Assembly (NCBI GenBank): GCA_965237955.1
Contig: OZ250169.1
Location: 2,752,001 to 2,816,000, forward strand
Direction of reading: 5' to 3'
Source of the DNA: Candidatus Marinacidobacterales bacterium
GTDB lineage: Bacteria; Acidobacteriota; Vicinamibacteria; Marinacidobacterales; SMYC01
Length of the DNA stretch: 64,000 bases
The notes under the pieces were generated by a model. The model did no database searches. It was not told where the DNA came from and worked only from the letters and a program-made list of their open reading frames with translations. Shown one piece after another: positions 8,643 through 23,966 of the stretch. How positions within the stretch are numbered: position 1 is the stretch's first letter; every line of letters begins with the position of its first letter. Made by a program: the position numbers and the translations under genes.

Positions 8643-11600
8643 TTGAAAAAACTTGTCGTGAATCCGTATCGCGATCGATTGGATTTCTCTCGGATCAAGG
8701 CGATGATCCCGATCCCCAATCTGATTGAAATCCAGCGCAAGTCGTACGAGCGATTCCTGCAGATGAATCTGCTCGCGACCGAGCGCGAAGACCTGGGTCT
8801 CCAGGCGGTGTTCAAGTCGATTTTCCCGATTACCGATTTTCGTGGGAACTGCGAGCTGCAATTCGTCGAGTACGCGATCGGCGTGTGGGAATGCAAGTGC
8901 GGCAAGCTCGAAGGCCTGTCCCATTTGAGACGCAAATGCACGGGTTGCGGCATGACGTTGCGCACCAACCCGATGGGCGATCGTGAGATTGCGTGCTCGT
9001 CCTGCGGCAAGGGCAACGAGAACCGGGGCAGCGTGTGCGACACCTGCGGCGACTCCGTCGCGCTCAAACTGAAATACGACGTCGAGGAGTGTCAGGAGCG
9101 CGGCATGACGTACTCGGTGCCGCTCAAGGTCACCATCCGCCTGACGGTCTACGACAAAGACCCCGAAACCGGCGTTCGATCCATCCGCGACATCAAGGAG
9201 CAAGAGGTCTACTTCGGTGACATCCCGCTGATGACGGATAACGGTACGTTCATCATCAACGGAACCGAGCGGGTCATCGTGTCCCAGCTCCATCGCTCTC
9301 CCGGCGTGTTCTTTCACGAGGCCGACAAGAACTCGTACCTGGCACAGATCATTCCCTACCGGGGATCCTGGGTCGAGTTCGAGTTCGATGAAAAGAACTT
9401 GCTCTACGTGCGCATCGACCGGAAACGCAAGTTCCTCGCCAGTGTCTTCATGAGGGCTCTCGGTCTCAAGACCGATGAAGACATTCTGCGGCAGTTCCAC
9501 CACGTCGACGCGATCCAGATTCGTGAAGGGAAGCTGTATCTCCCGGTTTCCCAATCGCTCCTCGGTCGACGGCTCAGCCAGGACATCGTGGCGCCGGGCG
9601 GGCCGGGTGGGCCGGGTGGGCCGGGTAGGAAAGACCCCGTGGTGGCGGCTTCCAAGCGCATCACCCGTCTCGCGTTCGAGAAAATCGAAAAAGCCGGCGT
9701 CACCGAAGTCGAGCTCGCGCCAAAAGATCTCGAGGGCGCGTTCTCGGTCGCCGACATCGTGAACACCGAGACGGGCGAGGTGATTGTCGACTGCAACGAC
9801 GCTTTGCCGGCCGACGTCGTGCCCATGCTCGTCGAGAACAATATCGAGACCGTCGAGGTCTTCTATCCGGAGACGGAAGACGTCGGGCCGATCATGTCGA
9901 TGACGGTCAAGAAAGACACCGTCCGAAGCTCCGAAGAAGCTCTGATCGAGATCTACCGGCGTCTCAGGCCGGGTGATCCGCCGACGCTCGAAAGCTCGCG
10001 GAATCTTTTTCAGGGCATGTTCTTCAACCCGCAGAAGTACGACTTCTCACGAGTGGGTCGCCTGAAGCTCAACACCAAGCTCAAGCTCGACGGCGAGCTC
10101 GAACAACGTCTGCTCGAAGCGAAGGACTTTTTCGCGGTCATCGACTACTTGCTGCGGCTTCCGAAAAACGTCGGAACCGTGGACGATATCGATCACCTCG
10201 GCAACCGTCGCGTGCGTTCGGTCGGCGAGCTCCTCGAGAACCAGTTCCGCATCGGTCTCGTGAGGATGGAGCGCGCCATCAAAGAGAAGATGAGCGTCTA
10301 CCAGGAGATGGCCACCGCGATGCCGCACGACCTCATCAACGCGAAACCGGTCATGGCCGCGGTGCGCGAGTTCTTCGGCTCCTCACAGCTGTCACAGTTC
10401 ATGGACCAGACCAATCCACTCTCCGAGGTTACTCACAAGCGGCGGCTGTCGGCGCTCGGTCCGGGTGGTCTGTCGCGCGAGCGCGCCGGATTCGAGGTGC
10501 GCGACGTGCATCCGACCCACTACGGCCGCATCTGCCCGATCGAGACCCCTGAAGGTCCGAACATCGGGCTCATCAGCTCGCTCTCGTGCTACGCGCGCAT
10601 CAACGAATACGGGTTTATCGAGAGTCCCTACAGGAAGGTCGCGGACGGCCGTGTCATCGACCACGTCCAAGTGACAGCGACAGGAGATTCCGACTACGAC
10701 ATCTACGAGATCGTCGAGCTGGGCTCGTTCACGCGGAAGGCGGCCAAAATCCAGCGCGAAGGTGGCAAACGACCGGAGGCCGCACCGCACGCGTTCTACC
10801 TCTCGGCGTGGGAGGAAGACCAGCACATCATCGCTCAGGCGAACGCCAAGCTCGATGAGCAAGCCAACTTCGTCAACGACCGCATCAACTGCCGCCTGGC
10901 CGGAAACTTCATCCTCGCGCCGCGAGAGCAGGTCGCCTACATCGACGTGTCCCCGAAGCAGCTTGTTTCCGTAGCCGCGTCGCTCATCCCGTTCCTCGAG
11001 AACGACGACGCCAACCGCGCGCTCATGGGTTCGAATATGCAGCGCCAGGCGGTTCCGCTCCTCTCGGCCGAAGCGCCTATCGTGGGAACCGGCATGGAGC
11101 ACGCCACCGCCCGCGACAGCGGTGCCGTGGTCGTGTGTCGCCGAGGTGGTGTGGTCGACTCCGTGGATTCCCGCCGTATCATCGTCCGCATCGAGGAATC
11201 CAGCGCCAAACGTGCCAAGGAGATCGGAGCCGACATCTACAACCTCACGAAGTTCAAACGCTCCAACCAGAACACGTGCATGAACCAGCAACCCATCGTG
11301 AGAGTCGGCGACCGGATCGAGAAGGGCCAAGTCATCGGTGACGGCCCGTGCACCGATCAAGGCGAGCTCGCTCTCGGACGGAACATTCTTGTCGCGTTCA
11401 TGCCGTGGCGGGGCTACAACTTCGAGGACGCGATCCTCGTCTCGGAGAAGCTCGTCAAGGACGACGCGTATACATCGATCCACATCGAGGAGTTCGACAC
11501 CGAATCCCGCGACACCAAGCTCGGGCCCGAGGAGATCACCCGCGACATCCCGAACGTGTCGGAGACCTTCCTCGCGAACCTTGACGAGTCGGGCATCATC

Positions 11601-12959
11601 CGCATCGGCGCCTACGTGAGCTCTGGCGACATCCTCGTCGGCAAGGTCACTCCGAAGGGCGAGACCCAGCTCACGCCCGAGGAAAAACTCCTCCGCGCCA
11701 TCTTCGGCGAGAAAGCCGGTGACGTGCGCGACGCTTCTTTGACGTGCCCCCCGGGCATCGAAGGCATCGTCGTCGACGTCAAAATATTCTCGCGGAAGGG
11801 TGTCGAGAAAGACGAGCGTGCCAAAGCGATCGAGAACGAAGAAGCGGCCATGCTCGAGAAGAACTTGAACGACGAGATCCGCATTCTCAAAGAGGAGCGC
11901 AACAAGAGAGTCATCCAACGTCTCACCGGAAGCACTCTCGAGGAAGACCTCGTCAACCCGCGCACGGGCGAGAAGATTCTCACGAAGAACTCCAAGCTCA
12001 CCAAGGACATGTTGCGTGAGCTCCGCCCCGCGTATCTCGGGCTTTTGGAGACCGACGTCAGCGCCGATGGGCTCGACGAGATTCAGGAGATCGAGGACAA
12101 GACCGAGCGCCAGATCGAAGTGCTCAAAGCCCTGTTCGAAGAGCGGATGAATCGCCTTCAGAAGGGTGACGAGCTTCCTCCGGGCGTCATCAAGATGGTC
12201 AAAGTCTACGTGGCGATGAAGCGCAAGCTTTCGGTCGGGGACAAGATGGCGGGCCGCCACGGCAACAAGGGCGTCATCGCCAAGATCGTTCCCGATGAGG
12301 ATATGCCTTTTCTCCCCGACGGAACGCCGTGCGAGATCATTCTCAACCCGCTCGGCGTGCCGTCGCGCATGAACGTCGGGCAGATTCTCGAGACCCACCT
12401 CGGCTGGGCCGGCAAAGTGCTCGGTCTGCACTTCGCCACGCCTGTCTTCGACGGTGCGTCCGAGGCACAAATCCGAGATCTGCTGGGCGACGCCAACACG
12501 AAGCTCGAGGGAGAGGGATCGTTGAGAGCCAACGTGCTCGCCGCCGGTAAAACCACGCTTCACGACGGTATGACCGGCGACGCGTTCGAGCAACCGGTGA
12601 CCGTTGGCTACATCTACATGCTCAAGCTCTCGCACCTCGTCGACGACAAGATGCACGCGCGCAGCATCGGACCCTACAGTCTCATCACCCAGCAACCACT
12701 GGGCGGCAAGGCGCAGTTCGGTGGCCAGCGTTTCGGAGAAATGGAAGTCTGGGCGCTCGAAGCCTATGGCGCTGCCCATACGCTTCAGGAGCTTCTGACC
12801 GCCAAGTCCGACGACGTCTACGGGCGCGCGAAGATCTACGAGGCCATCGTGAAGGGCGACACGTCCTTCGCACCAGGACTTCCGGAGTCGTTCAACGTGC
12901 TGATCCGCGAGCTCCAGAGCTTGTGCCTCGACGTAGAACTATTGAAAACAAAAGACTGA
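8643..12959 (+). CDS. rpoB: RNA polymerase beta subunit
   Basis: AGGAG 8 nt before TTG 8643; [42 protein letters not shown]. Confidence 0.98.
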   Translation: MKKLVVNPYRDRLDFSRIKAMIPIPNLIEIQRKSYERFLQMNLLATEREDLGLQAVFKSIFPITDFRGNCELQFVEYAIGVWECKCGKLEGLSHLRRKCTGCGMTLRTNPMGDREIACSSCGKGNENRGSVCDTCGDSVALKLKYDVEECQERGMTYSVPLKVTIRLTVYDKDPETGVRSIRDIKEQEVYFGDIPLMTDNGTFIINGTERVIVSQLHRSPGVFFHEADKNSYLAQIIPYRGSWVEFEFDEKNLLYVRIDRKRKFLASVFMRALGLKTDEDILRQFHHVDAIQIREGKLYLPVSQSLLGRRLSQDIVAPGGPGGPGGPGRKDPVVAASKRITRLAFEKIEKAGVTEVELAPKDLEGAFSVADIVNTETGEVIVDCNDALPADVVPMLVENNIETVEVFYPETEDVGPIMSMTVKKDTVRSSEEALIEIYRRLRPGDPPTLESSRNLFQGMFFNPQKYDFSRVGRLKLNTKLKLDGELEQRLLEAKDFFAVIDYLLRLPKNVGTVDDIDHLGNRRVRSVGELLENQFRIGLVRMERAIKEKMSVYQEMATAMPHDLINAKPVMAAVREFFGSSQLSQFMDQTNPLSEVTHKRRLSALGPGGLSRERAGFEVRDVHPTHYGRICPIETPEGPNIGLISSLSCYARINEYGFIESPYRKVADGRVIDHVQVTATGDSDYDIYEIVELGSFTRKAAKIQREGGKRPEAAPHAFYLSAWEEDQHIIAQANAKLDEQANFVNDRINCRLAGNFILAPREQVAYIDVSPKQLVSVAASLIPFLENDDANRALMGSNMQRQAVPLLSAEAPIVGTGMEHATARDSGAVVVCRRGGVVDSVDSRRIIVRIEESSAKRAKEIGADIYNLTKFKRSNQNTCMNQQPIVRVGDRIEKGQVIGDGPCTDQGELALGRNILVAFMPWRGYNFEDAILVSEKLVKDDAYTSIHIEEFDTESRDTKLGPEEITRDIPNVSETFLANLDESGIIRIGAYVSSGDILVGKVTPKGETQLTPEEKLLRAIFGEKAGDVRDASLTCPPGIEGIVVDVKIFSRKGVEKDERAKAIENEEAAMLEKNLNDEIRILKEERNKRVIQRLTGSTLEEDLVNPRTGEKILTKNSKLTKDMLRELRPAYLGLLETDVSADGLDEIQEIEDKTERQIEVLKALFEERMNRLQKGDELPPGVIKMVKVYVAMKRKLSVGDKMAGRHGNKGVIAKIVPDEDMPFLPDGTPCEIILNPLGVPSRMNVGQILETHLGWAGKVLGLHFATPVFDGASEAQIRDLLGDANTKLEGEGSLRANVLAAGKTTLHDGMTGDAFEQPVTVGYIYMLKLSHLVDDKMHARSIGPYSLITQQPLGGKAQFGGQRFGEMEVWALEAYGAAHTLQELLTAKSDDVYGRAKIYEAIVKGDTSFAPGLPESFNVLIRELQSLCLDVELLKTKD

Positions 12960-12989
12960 GACGACTAGCTACGAGATGGAAAAGAAAAA

Positions 12990-13081
12990 AACGCAAAGGC
13001 GCCAAGACGCCAAGACGCAAAGAGAGAACCAACGCCGAAGGCGTTTCACTTTGCGACTCTGCGCCTTTGCGCCTTTGCGTT
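12990..13081. repeat. Palindromic octamer element (family C)
   Basis: AACGCAAAGGCGCCAAG...CGCCGAAGGCG...CTTTGCGCCTTTGCGTT between rpoB and rpoC. Confidence 0.9.
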
Positions 13082-13152
13082 ATGTTTTTTCTTTCGATCG
13101 ACGCGACAGCGTCTATGCGGTTAAGAGTTTCTAAAACAAGGGGAGGAAGAAC

Positions 13153-16100
13153 TTGAAAGCGTTCGCAACCCTTCGCGACAAAGGTAATTTGGTGGTGGAT
13201 TTCGACGCCATCAAGATCAGTTTGGCATCGCCTGAGAAGATCCGGGCCTGGTCGCACGGCGAGGTGACGAAGCCGGAGACGATCAACTACCGTACGTTCA
13301 AACCCGAGCGGGACGGACTCTTCTGCGCCAAGATCTTCGGTCCAGTCACCGACTGGGAGTGTCTGTGCGGCAAGTACAAACGCATGAAGCACCGCGGCGT
13401 GATCTGCGACAAATGCGGCGTGGAGGTCACGCAGTCGAAAGTCCGGCGCGAGCGCCTCGCCCACATCGAGCTCGCGTGCCCGGTGTCGCACGTGTGGTTC
13501 TTCAAGGGACTCCCGAGCCGCATCGGACACCTACTCGACGTGTCGCTCCGCGATCTCGAACGAGTGCTCTATTTCGAGTCCTACGTCGTGATCGATCCCG
13601 GAGAGACGCCGCTCAAGGAAAAAGAGCTCCTCTCCGAGGAGCGCTACCGCGAGATGCGGCAGGAGTACAAGAGCAAGTTCACTGCCGAGATGGGTGCAGA
13701 AGCGATCAAGGAGCTTCTGCGGCGCATTGAGGTCGAAGAGCTCTCCGAAGCCCTGCGCGAGGCGATGAAAACCGAGACCTCGCTGCAGAAAAAACTCAAG
13801 TTCGCAAAGCGCTTGAAGGTCGTCGAAGCTTTCCGCAAGTCGAACAACCGGCCCGAGTGGATGATCTTGGATGTCATTCCGGTGATCCCGCCCGAGCTCA
13901 GGCCTTTGGTTCCTCTCGACGGCGGTCGTTTCGCCACCAGCGATCTAAACGATCTCTATCGCCGGGTCATCAACCGCAACAATCGGTTGAAAAAGCTCAT
14001 GGAGCTCAAAGCGCCCGACGTTATCGTTCGTAACGAAAAGCGCATGCTCCAGGAAGCAGTGGATGCTCTTTTCGACAACGGTCGCCGCGGTCGTGTGCTC
14101 CGCGGCGCGAACAACCGGCCCCTGAAGTCGCTGTCGGACACATTGAAAGGCAAGCAGGGTCGCTTCCGTCAGAACTTGCTCGGAAAGCGTGTCGACTATT
14201 CGGGCCGCTCGGTTATCGTGGTGGGACCGGAGCTCAAACTCCATCAGTGCGGCCTTCCCAAGAAGATGGCTCTCGAGCTGTTCAAGCCGTTCATCTACAA
14301 CAAGCTTGAGCAAGTCGGTCTCGCGACCACGATCAAAGCGGCAAAAGAAATGGTCGAAGCTCATCGGCCCGAGGTGTGGGACTTTCTCGAGGAAGTCATC
14401 CGCGAGCACCCCGTTCTCCTCAACCGTGCACCGACGCTCCATCGACTCGGCATCCAGGCGTTCGAGCCCGTGCTCGTGGAAGGCAAGGCCATCCGCATCC
14501 ACCCACTGGTGTGTACGGCGTTCAACGCGGACTTCGACGGTGATCAGATGGCGGTTCACATTCCGCTGTCTCCGGAATCGCAGATCGAAGCGTCGCTTCT
14601 CATGTTGGCGTCGCGCAACATTCTGTCTCCGGCCAACGGGCAGCCTGTCGCCACCCCCACGCAGGACATGGTGCTCGGCTGCTACTACTTGACCAAGGAA
14701 AAGAAGAGCGCCAAGGGAGACGGTCGTGCGTTCGCCTCGACGGAGGACGTTCTTCTCGCACTCGAAGCGGGAGCGGTAGAGACGCTCAGTCCAATCCGCC
14801 TACTCTATAGCGGAGGGTTTGTCGACCTGACTACCGCATTCAACGACCAGGACGTCGTGCACTCCGAGGTGCATCAGCTCGACAACGAGATCATCGAGAC
14901 CACCGTGGGGCGCGTCATCTTCAACGACCACCTTCCTCCCGAGATTCCCTACGTCAACGGCCTCTTCAGGAAGAAAGGTCTCGGAAACCTCGTGAACTAC
15001 TGCTACTTGCAGCACGGCGTGGCCAAAACCGTCGAGATGCTCGACTCGCTGAAGGAGCTCGGATTCCTCTACGCGACCAAGAGCGGTATCTCGATCGGCA
15101 TCGAAGACCTCGTGATTCCGAGGGAGAAGAACCAGCTCGTCGACCAGGCACTCTCCGAGGTGAAGGAAGTCGACGATCAGTACCGTGAAGGTGCCATCAC
15201 CAAGGGCGAGCGCTACAACAAAGTCATCGCGATCTGGTCGAACGTCACTGACCGCGTTGCTCAGGAGATGTTCGAAGAGATGGAGCGGCAGGAGCGCGAA
15301 TCCGGCCAATTCAATCCCGTGTACATGATGGCGGATTCCGGTGCTCGTGGCTCCAAGCAGCAGATCCGTCAGCTTGCCGGAATGCGCGGTCTGATGGCGA
15401 AGCCCTCGGGAGAAATCATCGAGACTCCCATCACCAGCAACTTCCGAGAGGGTTTGACCGTGCTGCAGTACTTCATCTCGACGCACGGCGCCCGCAAGGG
15501 TCTCGCGGACACCGCACTCAAGACGGCGGACTCCGGTTATCTCACCCGGAGGCTCGTCGACGTCGCCCAGGACGTGATCATCTCCGAGGTCAACTGTGGA
15601 ACGTCGAGCGGCATCTACGTGGGATCGATCGTGGAAGCCGGTGAAGTCATCGAGCCGCTCCGCGACCGCATCGTCGGTCGAGTCAGTCTCGAGACCATCA
15701 AGGACAGCTTCACCGGCGAGACCATCGTCTCCCCGAACCAGGAGATCACCGAGTCCATCGCGAACGCCATCCAGAACACCGGTGTGGATCGCGTCAAGAT
15801 TCGCTCAGTGCTCTCGTGCGAGTCACGGCGCGGCGTGTGCGCGCAGTGTTACGGACGTAACCTCGCGAGCGGACGTCTTTCCGACCTTGGCGAAGCCGTT
15901 GGTGTCATCGCGGCGCAGTCGATCGGTGAGCCGGGAACGCAGCTCACGATGCGTACGTTCCACATCGGTGGAACGGCCTCCCGTGTCGCCGAGCAGTCTA
16001 CGCTCGAATCCAGGAACGCGGGCACCGTCAAATTCGATCGTATCTCCACGGTGAAAAACAAAGACGGCGATCTCGTGGTGATGAACCGTGCAGGTCAGAT

Positions 16101-17352
16101 CATCATCCACGACGACAAAGGTCGCGAGCGCGAACGCTACCCGGTCGTTTACGGCGCCAAATTGAAAGTCAAAGACGGCCAGACGATTGAAGCGCACGCA
16201 ACCTTCGTCGAGTGGGACCCGTACACGTTCTCGATTCTCACCGAGGAGGGCGGAACCGCTCACTTCAAGGACATCGTGCAGGGTGTGACCGTGCAGGAGG
16301 AAGTCGACGAGGTGACCGGACTCTCGATGCCGGTCATCGTGGAGTCCGCGGACGAGAAGCGCCAGCCCGCCATCGTCGTGAAAGACGCCAAGAAGAAAGA
16401 GGTCAAGACCTACCTTTTGCCTTCAGGTGCTCATTTGATGAAGGGCGACGGCGACGACGTGCGGCCCGGCGACGTCCTGGCCAAGATCCCGCGTGAGACT
16501 ACGAAGACGAAAGACATCACCGGTGGTCTGCCGCGTGTGGTCGAGCTCTTCGAAGCACGAAAGCCCAAGGATCCCGCCGTGATCACGGAAGTCGATGGTA
16601 TCGTCAAATATGGTAGCATCGTGAAGGGCATGCGCACAATCACAGTCGAGTCGGAGACCGTGTCCGAAGCCGGCGAGGTGCGCGAGTACGCGGTGCCGAG
16701 AGGTGTCCACATCAACGTCCAGGAGGGCGAGCGCGTCCGAGCTGGTGAGCCGTTGATGGACGGGCCGATCAACCCCCACGACATATTGAACGTCTTGGGT
16801 GAGAGTGCGCTTCAGGAATACCTCGTCAACGAGATTCAGGAGGTCTATCGACTTCAGGGCGTGCTCATCAACGACAAACACATCGAGGTGATCGCGCGCC
16901 AGATGATGCGCTGGGTGAAGGTGGAGGAGGTCGGGGACACCGAGCTCCTCATCGACGAGACCGTCGACCGGTTCAAGTTCAACGAGGCCAACGAGAAGCT
17001 CGTCGCGGAGGGCGGGCGTCCCGCAACCGGCAGGCCGCTCCTTCTCGGAATCACCAAGGCGTCGCTGTCCACCGAAAGCTTCATCTCCGCGGCATCGTTC
17101 CAGGAGACGACCCGGGTTCTCACCGAGGCCAGCATCAGCGGCCGGGTCGACTACTTGCGAGGACTCAAGGAGAACGTCATCATGGGCCGGCTCATCCCCG
17201 CCGGGACGGGCCTCGAGATCCACCGTGATGTCGTGATTCCCGAGGCGCAGCCACTGGAGCGACAACCTGAGTTTCTCGGCGAAGATTTGGACCGAGAAGT
17301 CCAGTACCTGGTGGAAGGCCAACAAGAGGGAGAAAGCACCGAACCCGTTTAA
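13153..17352 (+). CDS. rpoC: RNA polymerase beta' subunit
   Basis: NADFDGD catalytic motif, N-terminal Zn finger, [13 protein letters not shown]. Confidence 0.98.
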   Translation: MKAFATLRDKGNLVVDFDAIKISLASPEKIRAWSHGEVTKPETINYRTFKPERDGLFCAKIFGPVTDWECLCGKYKRMKHRGVICDKCGVEVTQSKVRRERLAHIELACPVSHVWFFKGLPSRIGHLLDVSLRDLERVLYFESYVVIDPGETPLKEKELLSEERYREMRQEYKSKFTAEMGAEAIKELLRRIEVEELSEALREAMKTETSLQKKLKFAKRLKVVEAFRKSNNRPEWMILDVIPVIPPELRPLVPLDGGRFATSDLNDLYRRVINRNNRLKKLMELKAPDVIVRNEKRMLQEAVDALFDNGRRGRVLRGANNRPLKSLSDTLKGKQGRFRQNLLGKRVDYSGRSVIVVGPELKLHQCGLPKKMALELFKPFIYNKLEQVGLATTIKAAKEMVEAHRPEVWDFLEEVIREHPVLLNRAPTLHRLGIQAFEPVLVEGKAIRIHPLVCTAFNADFDGDQMAVHIPLSPESQIEASLLMLASRNILSPANGQPVATPTQDMVLGCYYLTKEKKSAKGDGRAFASTEDVLLALEAGAVETLSPIRLLYSGGFVDLTTAFNDQDVVHSEVHQLDNEIIETTVGRVIFNDHLPPEIPYVNGLFRKKGLGNLVNYCYLQHGVAKTVEMLDSLKELGFLYATKSGISIGIEDLVIPREKNQLVDQALSEVKEVDDQYREGAITKGERYNKVIAIWSNVTDRVAQEMFEEMERQERESGQFNPVYMMADSGARGSKQQIRQLAGMRGLMAKPSGEIIETPITSNFREGLTVLQYFISTHGARKGLADTALKTADSGYLTRRLVDVAQDVIISEVNCGTSSGIYVGSIVEAGEVIEPLRDRIVGRVSLETIKDSFTGETIVSPNQEITESIANAIQNTGVDRVKIRSVLSCESRRGVCAQCYGRNLASGRLSDLGEAVGVIAAQSIGEPGTQLTMRTFHIGGTASRVAEQSTLESRNAGTVKFDRISTVKNKDGDLVVMNRAGQIIIHDDKGRERERYPVVYGAKLKVKDGQTIEAHATFVEWDPYTFSILTEEGGTAHFKDIVQGVTVQEEVDEVTGLSMPVIVESADEKRQPAIVVKDAKKKEVKTYLLPSGAHLMKGDGDDVRPGDVLAKIPRETTKTKDITGGLPRVVELFEARKPKDPAVITEVDGIVKYGSIVKGMRTITVESETVSEAGEVREYAVPRGVHINVQEGERVRAGEPLMDGPINPHDILNVLGESALQEYLVNEIQEVYRLQGVLINDKHIEVIARQMMRWVKVEEVGDTELLIDETVDRFKFNEANEKLVAEGGRPATGRPLLLGITKASLSTESFISAASFQETTRVLTEASISGRVDYLRGLKENVIMGRLIPAGTGLEIHRDVVIPEAQPLERQPEFLGEDLDREVQYLVEGQQEGESTEPV

Positions 17353-17373
17353 CAGGCCGAACCTCTCCCCCAA

Positions 17374-17400
17374 CCCGCCTTCGCTAAAAGCTTCGGCGGG
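17374..17400. repeat. REP-like palindrome
   Basis: CCCGCCTTCGCTAAAAGCTTCGGCGGG; shares 19 bp in inverted orientation with 58803-58836. Confidence 0.6.
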
Positions 17401-17448
17401 GGGCTCGGTGCTGCTAGCAGCTAGATTAGGCCAACACGGAATAACGAG

Positions 17449-17478
17449 TTGACACAATGGCAATGAAATTGCTAAACT
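17449..17478 (+). promoter_or_regulatory. sigma70 promoter of the str operon
   Basis: TTGACA-18-TAAACT with extended TG; followed by hairpin CCTGAACCC...GGGTTCAGG. Confidence 0.7.
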
Positions 17479-17568
17479 CGTCAGGTTGTCCTGAACCCGG
17501 TGCAGCTTGCGGGGTTCAGGATTTTGTTTTCAGATCTTGAATTATTCGAGAAGGAAGAGATAGCAGTT

Positions 17569-17943
17569 TTGCCGACTTTTAGTCAGTTGGTTCGAAAAGG
17601 GCGGAAGCGGACCGGCTCCAAAACGGACAGCCCGGCCCTTCAGGGTTGCCCTCAAAAGCGAGGGGTTTGCATCCGGGTCTTCATCTCGACTCCGAAAAAG
17701 CCCAACTCGGCGCTCCGTAAAGTCGCCCGGGTCCGGCTGACGAACGGCATCGAGGTGACGACCTACATCCCAGGAGTCGGTCACAACCTGCAAGAGCACT
17801 CGATCGTTCTCATCCGAGGCGGCCGAGTCAAGGATTTACCCGGAGTTCGGTACCACGTCGTGCGTGGCTCGCTCGATGCCGTTGGCGTCGAAGGCCGCAA
17901 AAACGGTCGCTCCAAATACGGCACCAAGCGGCCGAAGGCGTAA
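17569..17943 (+). CDS. rpsL: 30S ribosomal protein S12
   Basis: [23 protein letters not shown]; TTG start. Confidence 0.97.
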   Translation: MPTFSQLVRKGRKRTGSKTDSPALQGCPQKRGVCIRVFISTPKKPNSALRKVARVRLTNGIEVTTYIPGVGHNLQEHSIVLIRGGRVKDLPGVRYHVVRGSLDAVGVEGRKNGRSKYGTKRPKA

Positions 17944-17956
17944 GGGGTAGGGCGGG

Positions 17957-18427
17957 ATGCCGAGACGACGGGAAGTAGCGAAACGCGAGCCGCAGCCGGA
18001 TCCGATCTACAACAGCGGGCTCGTCTCTTTCTTTATTAATGTTGTGATGAAACAGGGCAAGAAGTCGACGGCGGAGAGTCTCGTCTATGGCGCGTTCGAC
18101 AAGATTCGCGATCGCACCCAGGAAGATCCGCTGAAGGTCTTCAAAAAAGCGGTGGACAACGTGAAGCCCATTTTGGAAGTCAAGAGCCGCCGCGTAGGAG
18201 GCAGTAACTACCAAGTACCGATCGAAGTGCGCCCGGAGCGAAGGACGTCTCTCTCGCTTCGTTGGCTCGTGAGCTTCGCCCGTTCCCGTCCGGAGAAAAC
18301 GATGGTCGACAAGCTCGCTGGCGAGCTTCTCGATGCCTCGTCGAATCGAGGCGGCGCGGTGAAGAAGCGTGAGGATACACATCGAATGGCGGAGGCGAAC
18401 AAGGCTTTCGCGCATTACCGCTGGTAA
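17957..18427 (+). CDS. rpsG: 30S ribosomal protein S7
   Basis: [27 protein letters not shown]. Confidence 0.97.
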   Translation: MPRRREVAKREPQPDPIYNSGLVSFFINVVMKQGKKSTAESLVYGAFDKIRDRTQEDPLKVFKKAVDNVKPILEVKSRRVGGSNYQVPIEVRPERRTSLSLRWLVSFARSRPEKTMVDKLAGELLDASSNRGGAVKKREDTHRMAEANKAFAHYRW

Positions 18428-18638
18428 CAAGAGTTTCCTCAGCTTCCAGCACACCGAGCATCCGCTCCGCGGAATTCAGCATCGACGGAGCCGATAGCTA
18501 TTTTGTATCGGGGGCGCTAGCCCTCGGCGAGAGACGAACGTCGTTCGAGAAGAACGGAAACGAAAGTTTCCGGCTGATACCAATTAATTGACAAGTTATT
18601 ACCAAGTTATTGGATGACACCGGACTTCCGGAAGAACA

Positions 18639-20717
<2,079 letters not shown>

Positions 20718-20756
20718 AAATAGATGCGAATGGAGACAAAGGAGTACTGATTCGTC

Positions 20757-21947
20757 ATGGCGAAAGAGAAATTCGATCGAAGTAAGCCGCATTTGAACGT
20801 GGGGACGGTAGGGCACGTGGACCACGGGAAGACGACGTTGACGGCGGCGATCACGAAAGTGTTGGCGAAGAACGAGAAAGGCACGTCGTTTCGCAGCTTC
20901 GACTCGATCGACAACGCGCCTGAGGAAAAAGAGCGCGGGATCACGATTGCGACGGCGCACGTGGAGTATTCGACGCCGAACCGTCACTATGCGCACGTGG
21001 ACTGCCCGGGTCACGCGGACTACGTGAAGAACATGATCACGGGGGCAGCGCAGATGGACGGTGCGATATTAGTGGTGTCAGCGGCGGACGGCCCGATGCC
21101 TCAGACCCGAGAGCACATACTGTTGGCGCGTCAGGTCGGGGTTCCGTACATCGTGGTGTTTCTGAACAAAGTGGACATGGTGGACGACGAAGAGCTTTTG
21201 GACCTGGTGGAGTTGGAAGTACGCGAGCTATTGTCGCAGTACGAGTTCCCGGGCGACGATATCCCGATCATTCGCGGCAGCGCGTTGAAAGCGCTCGAAG
21301 GCGACTCGGAAGAGGATGCAAAGCCGATCCACGAGCTGATGGCGGCGGTGGACGAATACATCCCGATTCCGAAGCGGGACGTGGACAAACCCTTCCTGAT
21401 GCCGATCGAGGACGTGTTCTCGATCTCGGGTCGGGGCACGGTGGTGACGGGCCGGATCGAGCGCGGGATTGTGAAGGTGAGTGAAGAGATCGAGATCGTG
21501 GGAATCACCGAGACGCGCAAGAAGGTCGTGACCGGGGTGGAGATGTTCAAGAAGCTCCTGGACGAAGGTCAGGCGGGCGACAATGTGGGTGTGCTGCTCC
21601 GAGGTACGGAGCGCTCGGACGTGGAGCGCGGGATGGTTCTGGCGAAGCCGGGGTCGATCACACCGCACACGAAGTTCCAAGCCGAGGTTTACGTGTTGTC
21701 GAAGGAAGAGGGCGGTCGTCACACGCCGTTTTTCAACGGCTACCGTCCGCAGTTCTACTTCCGGACGACGGACGTGACGGGCTCGGCGACGTTGAACGAG
21801 GGAGTGGAAATGGTGATGCCGGGCGACAACACGCCGCTTGCGATCACGCTGATTACGCCGATCGCGATCGAAAAGGGCTTGCGGTTCGCCATCCGCGAAG
21901 GTGGGCGGACCGTGGGCGCCGGTACCGTGACCGACGTTATCGAGTAG
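20757..21947 (+). CDS. tuf: Elongation factor Tu, copy 2 (intact)
   Basis: Full-length, ends [17 protein letters not shown]. Confidence 0.98.
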   Translation: MAKEKFDRSKPHLNVGTVGHVDHGKTTLTAAITKVLAKNEKGTSFRSFDSIDNAPEEKERGITIATAHVEYSTPNRHYAHVDCPGHADYVKNMITGAAQMDGAILVVSAADGPMPQTREHILLARQVGVPYIVVFLNKVDMVDDEELLDLVELEVRELLSQYEFPGDDIPIIRGSALKALEGDSEEDAKPIHELMAAVDEYIPIPKRDVDKPFLMPIEDVFSISGRGTVVTGRIERGIVKVSEEIEIVGITETRKKVVTGVEMFKKLLDEGQAGDNVGVLLRGTERSDVERGMVLAKPGSITPHTKFQAEVYVLSKEEGGRHTPFFNGYRPQFYFRTTDVTGSATLNEGVEMVMPGDNTPLAITLITPIAIEKGLRFAIREGGRTVGAGTVTDVIE

Positions 21948-22020
21948 TCCGCCTTCGCTGGGGCATCCTGTATGGTGGGCCAGCTTGGTTGAGGCAAGCC
22001 GGATGTAGCAGGTAGGAGAC

Positions 22021-22356
22021 ATGGCAGTCATTAGCGAAAAAATCCGAATTCGGTTGAAGGCGTACGACTACCGGATTCTGGATCAGTCGACGCACGAGAT
22101 CGTAGAGACGGCCAAGCGTACCGGAGCTCGCATCGCGGGCCCCATTCCGCTGCCGACGACGAAGAACAAGTACACGGTTCTCCGGTCTCCCCACGTCGAC
22201 AAGAAGTCGAGGGAGCAGTTCGAGGTCCGGACGCACAAGCGCCTGCTCGATATTTTCGAGCCGACGCCGCAGACGGTCGACGCCCTGATGCGCCTGGATT
22301 TGCCGGCCGGCGTCGACGTGGAGATCAAAGCGTTTGGTAAGGAACATTCGAAATGA
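22021..22356 (+). CDS. rpsJ: 30S ribosomal protein S10
   Basis: [23 protein letters not shown]. Confidence 0.97.
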   Translation: MAVISEKIRIRLKAYDYRILDQSTHEIVETAKRTGARIAGPIPLPTTKNKYTVLRSPHVDKKSREQFEVRTHKRLLDIFEPTPQTVDALMRLDLPAGVDVEIKAFGKEHSK

Positions 22357-22361
22357 GGTTG

Positions 22362-22382
22362 ATCTGCCATCTGCCATCGGCC
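22362..22382. repeat. Heptamer family B, opposite orientation
   Basis: ATCTGCC-ATCTGCC-ATCGGCC. Confidence 0.7.
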
Positions 22383-22400
22383 AGAGATTGAGAACAAACC

Positions 22401-23045
22401 ATGACTGGGTTGATAGCGAAGAAGCTGGGGATGACGCAGAAGTTTGCGGAGGACGGGTCCGTCATTCCGCTCACCGTTCTCAGGGCGGGGCCCTGCGTCG
22501 TCGTGCAGCGCAAGACGGCGGAGCGGGACGGTTATGACGCCGTTCAACTGGGCCTGGTGGAAGCGGGACGCAAAGTCACCGCTAACAAACCGCTCGAAGG
22601 CCATTTCAAGAACGCCGGCGCGGCGCCGTGTCGCATATTGCGTGAGTTCCCGATTGCGTCCGACGACGAGTCCAAAGTCGGCGACGCCATCAAAGTTTCG
22701 GTGTTCGAGGCGACCGATACGGTGCACGTGCGCGGCGTGAGCAAGGGCAAGGGTTTTGCCGGCGTCATGAAGCGTCACGGCTTCCACGGGCAACGCGCCT
22801 CGCACGGCTCCAAGGTCCATCGAGCGCCTGGCTCGATCGGTCAGTCGGCGTCGCCCTCGCGCGTTTTACCGGGAATGAAAGGGCCAGGACGTTTGGGCCA
22901 GGATCGGGTCACGGTAAAAAACCTCGAAGTCGTCGAAGTCATCGAGGACGAGGATCTCTTGTTGGTCAGGGGCCCGGTTCCAGGGGCCAATGGCACGTAC
23001 GTGGAGATCGTAAAAAAGGAATCCGCGAGGAAGAAAAATGCCTAG
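22401..23045 (+). CDS. rplC: 50S ribosomal protein L3
   Basis: [22 protein letters not shown]. Confidence 0.97.
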   Translation: MTGLIAKKLGMTQKFAEDGSVIPLTVLRAGPCVVVQRKTAERDGYDAVQLGLVEAGRKVTANKPLEGHFKNAGAAPCRILREFPIASDDESKVGDAIKVSVFEATDTVHVRGVSKGKGFAGVMKRHGFHGQRASHGSKVHRAPGSIGQSASPSRVLPGMKGPGRLGQDRVTVKNLEVVEVIEDEDLLLVRGPVPGANGTYVEIVKKESARKKNA

Positions 23046-23673
23046 CGTTCCCATGGTAGATGTGGCGGGCGGCTCGCGCGGCGAGAAAGCGCTCAGCGAC
23101 GCCGTGTTCGGTGTGAAACCCAATCGCCATCTGCTGTACGAAGCGGTCAAGCATTACCGCGCCGGACAGCATCGAGGCACCCACGCCACCAAGACCCGAG
23201 GTGCCGTCCGTGGCGGGGGCAAAAAGCCCTGGCGACAGAAGGGCACCGGTCGTGCCCGCGTCGGATCGGCGCGTACGCCGCTATGGCGCGGGGGTGGCAC
23301 GGTTTTCGGCCCACAACCGCGCGACCACAGCTACAAGCTCAACGGCAAAGTCCAGCGAGGCGCGCTCCGCTCTGCTCTGTCGCTGCGCGTGCAAGAAGGC
23401 TCACTCACGGTCGTGAACGGATTAACCATGGAAAAACCGAGCACGAAGACGCTCAAGGGGCAACTCGAGGAGTTCGGGGCACTCCGCCAGTACGAGCGCG
23501 TGCTCGTCGTCGATGAGAAGCCGTCAGAGGCGCTCTATCTCTCGGCGCGCAACCTCGAGCGGGTGGAAGTGCGCTCGGTGTTCGCGCTCAACACCTACGA
23601 CGTTCTGGCGGCGCGAAAGGTTCTGATTTCCGAAGAAGCGGCTCAAAGCCTGGAAGAGAGGCTTTCGCGATGA
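23038..23673 (+). CDS. rplD: 50S ribosomal protein L4
   Basis: [23 protein letters not shown]. Confidence 0.97.
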   Translation: MPSVPMVDVAGGSRGEKALSDAVFGVKPNRHLLYEAVKHYRAGQHRGTHATKTRGAVRGGGKKPWRQKGTGRARVGSARTPLWRGGGTVFGPQPRDHSYKLNGKVQRGALRSALSLRVQEGSLTVVNGLTMEKPSTKTLKGQLEEFGALRQYERVLVVDEKPSEALYLSARNLERVEVRSVFALNTYDVLAARKVLISEEAAQSLEERLSR

Positions 23674-23960
23674 TTGTGCAAGAGGTCATCCGAGGACCGC
23701 TCGTGACCGAAAAGGCAGCGATGCTCAAGGACGAGCACCGGACTGTCTGTTTCCGAGTCGCGGTGAACGCAAACAAGACCGAGATCAAAGGCGCCGTCGA
23801 GAAACTCTTCGGCGTGAAGGTGGCCTCGGTGCGTACCGTGCGCATGAACGGTAAGCTGAAACGATACGGTCGCTTCGAAGGCAAACGACCGGACTGGAAG
23901 AAAGCTTTCGTTACATTGCGCGAGGGCGAAAAGATGATCGAGTTCTTCGAGGGGGTCTGA
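23670..23960 (+). CDS. rplW: 50S ribosomal protein L23
   Basis: PLVTEK, ANKTEIK, WKKAFVTL. Confidence 0.97.
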   Translation: MIVQEVIRGPLVTEKAAMLKDEHRTVCFRVAVNANKTEIKGAVEKLFGVKVASVRTVRMNGKLKRYGRFEGKRPDWKKAFVTLREGEKMIEFFEGV

Positions 23961-23966
23961 TAGACG

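Noticed and set aside
10392-12779. 795-aa antisense ORF (also 49555-51669 and many others)
   Set aside because: Shadow frames of rpoB, topA and other GC-rich genes; no recognisable motifs.
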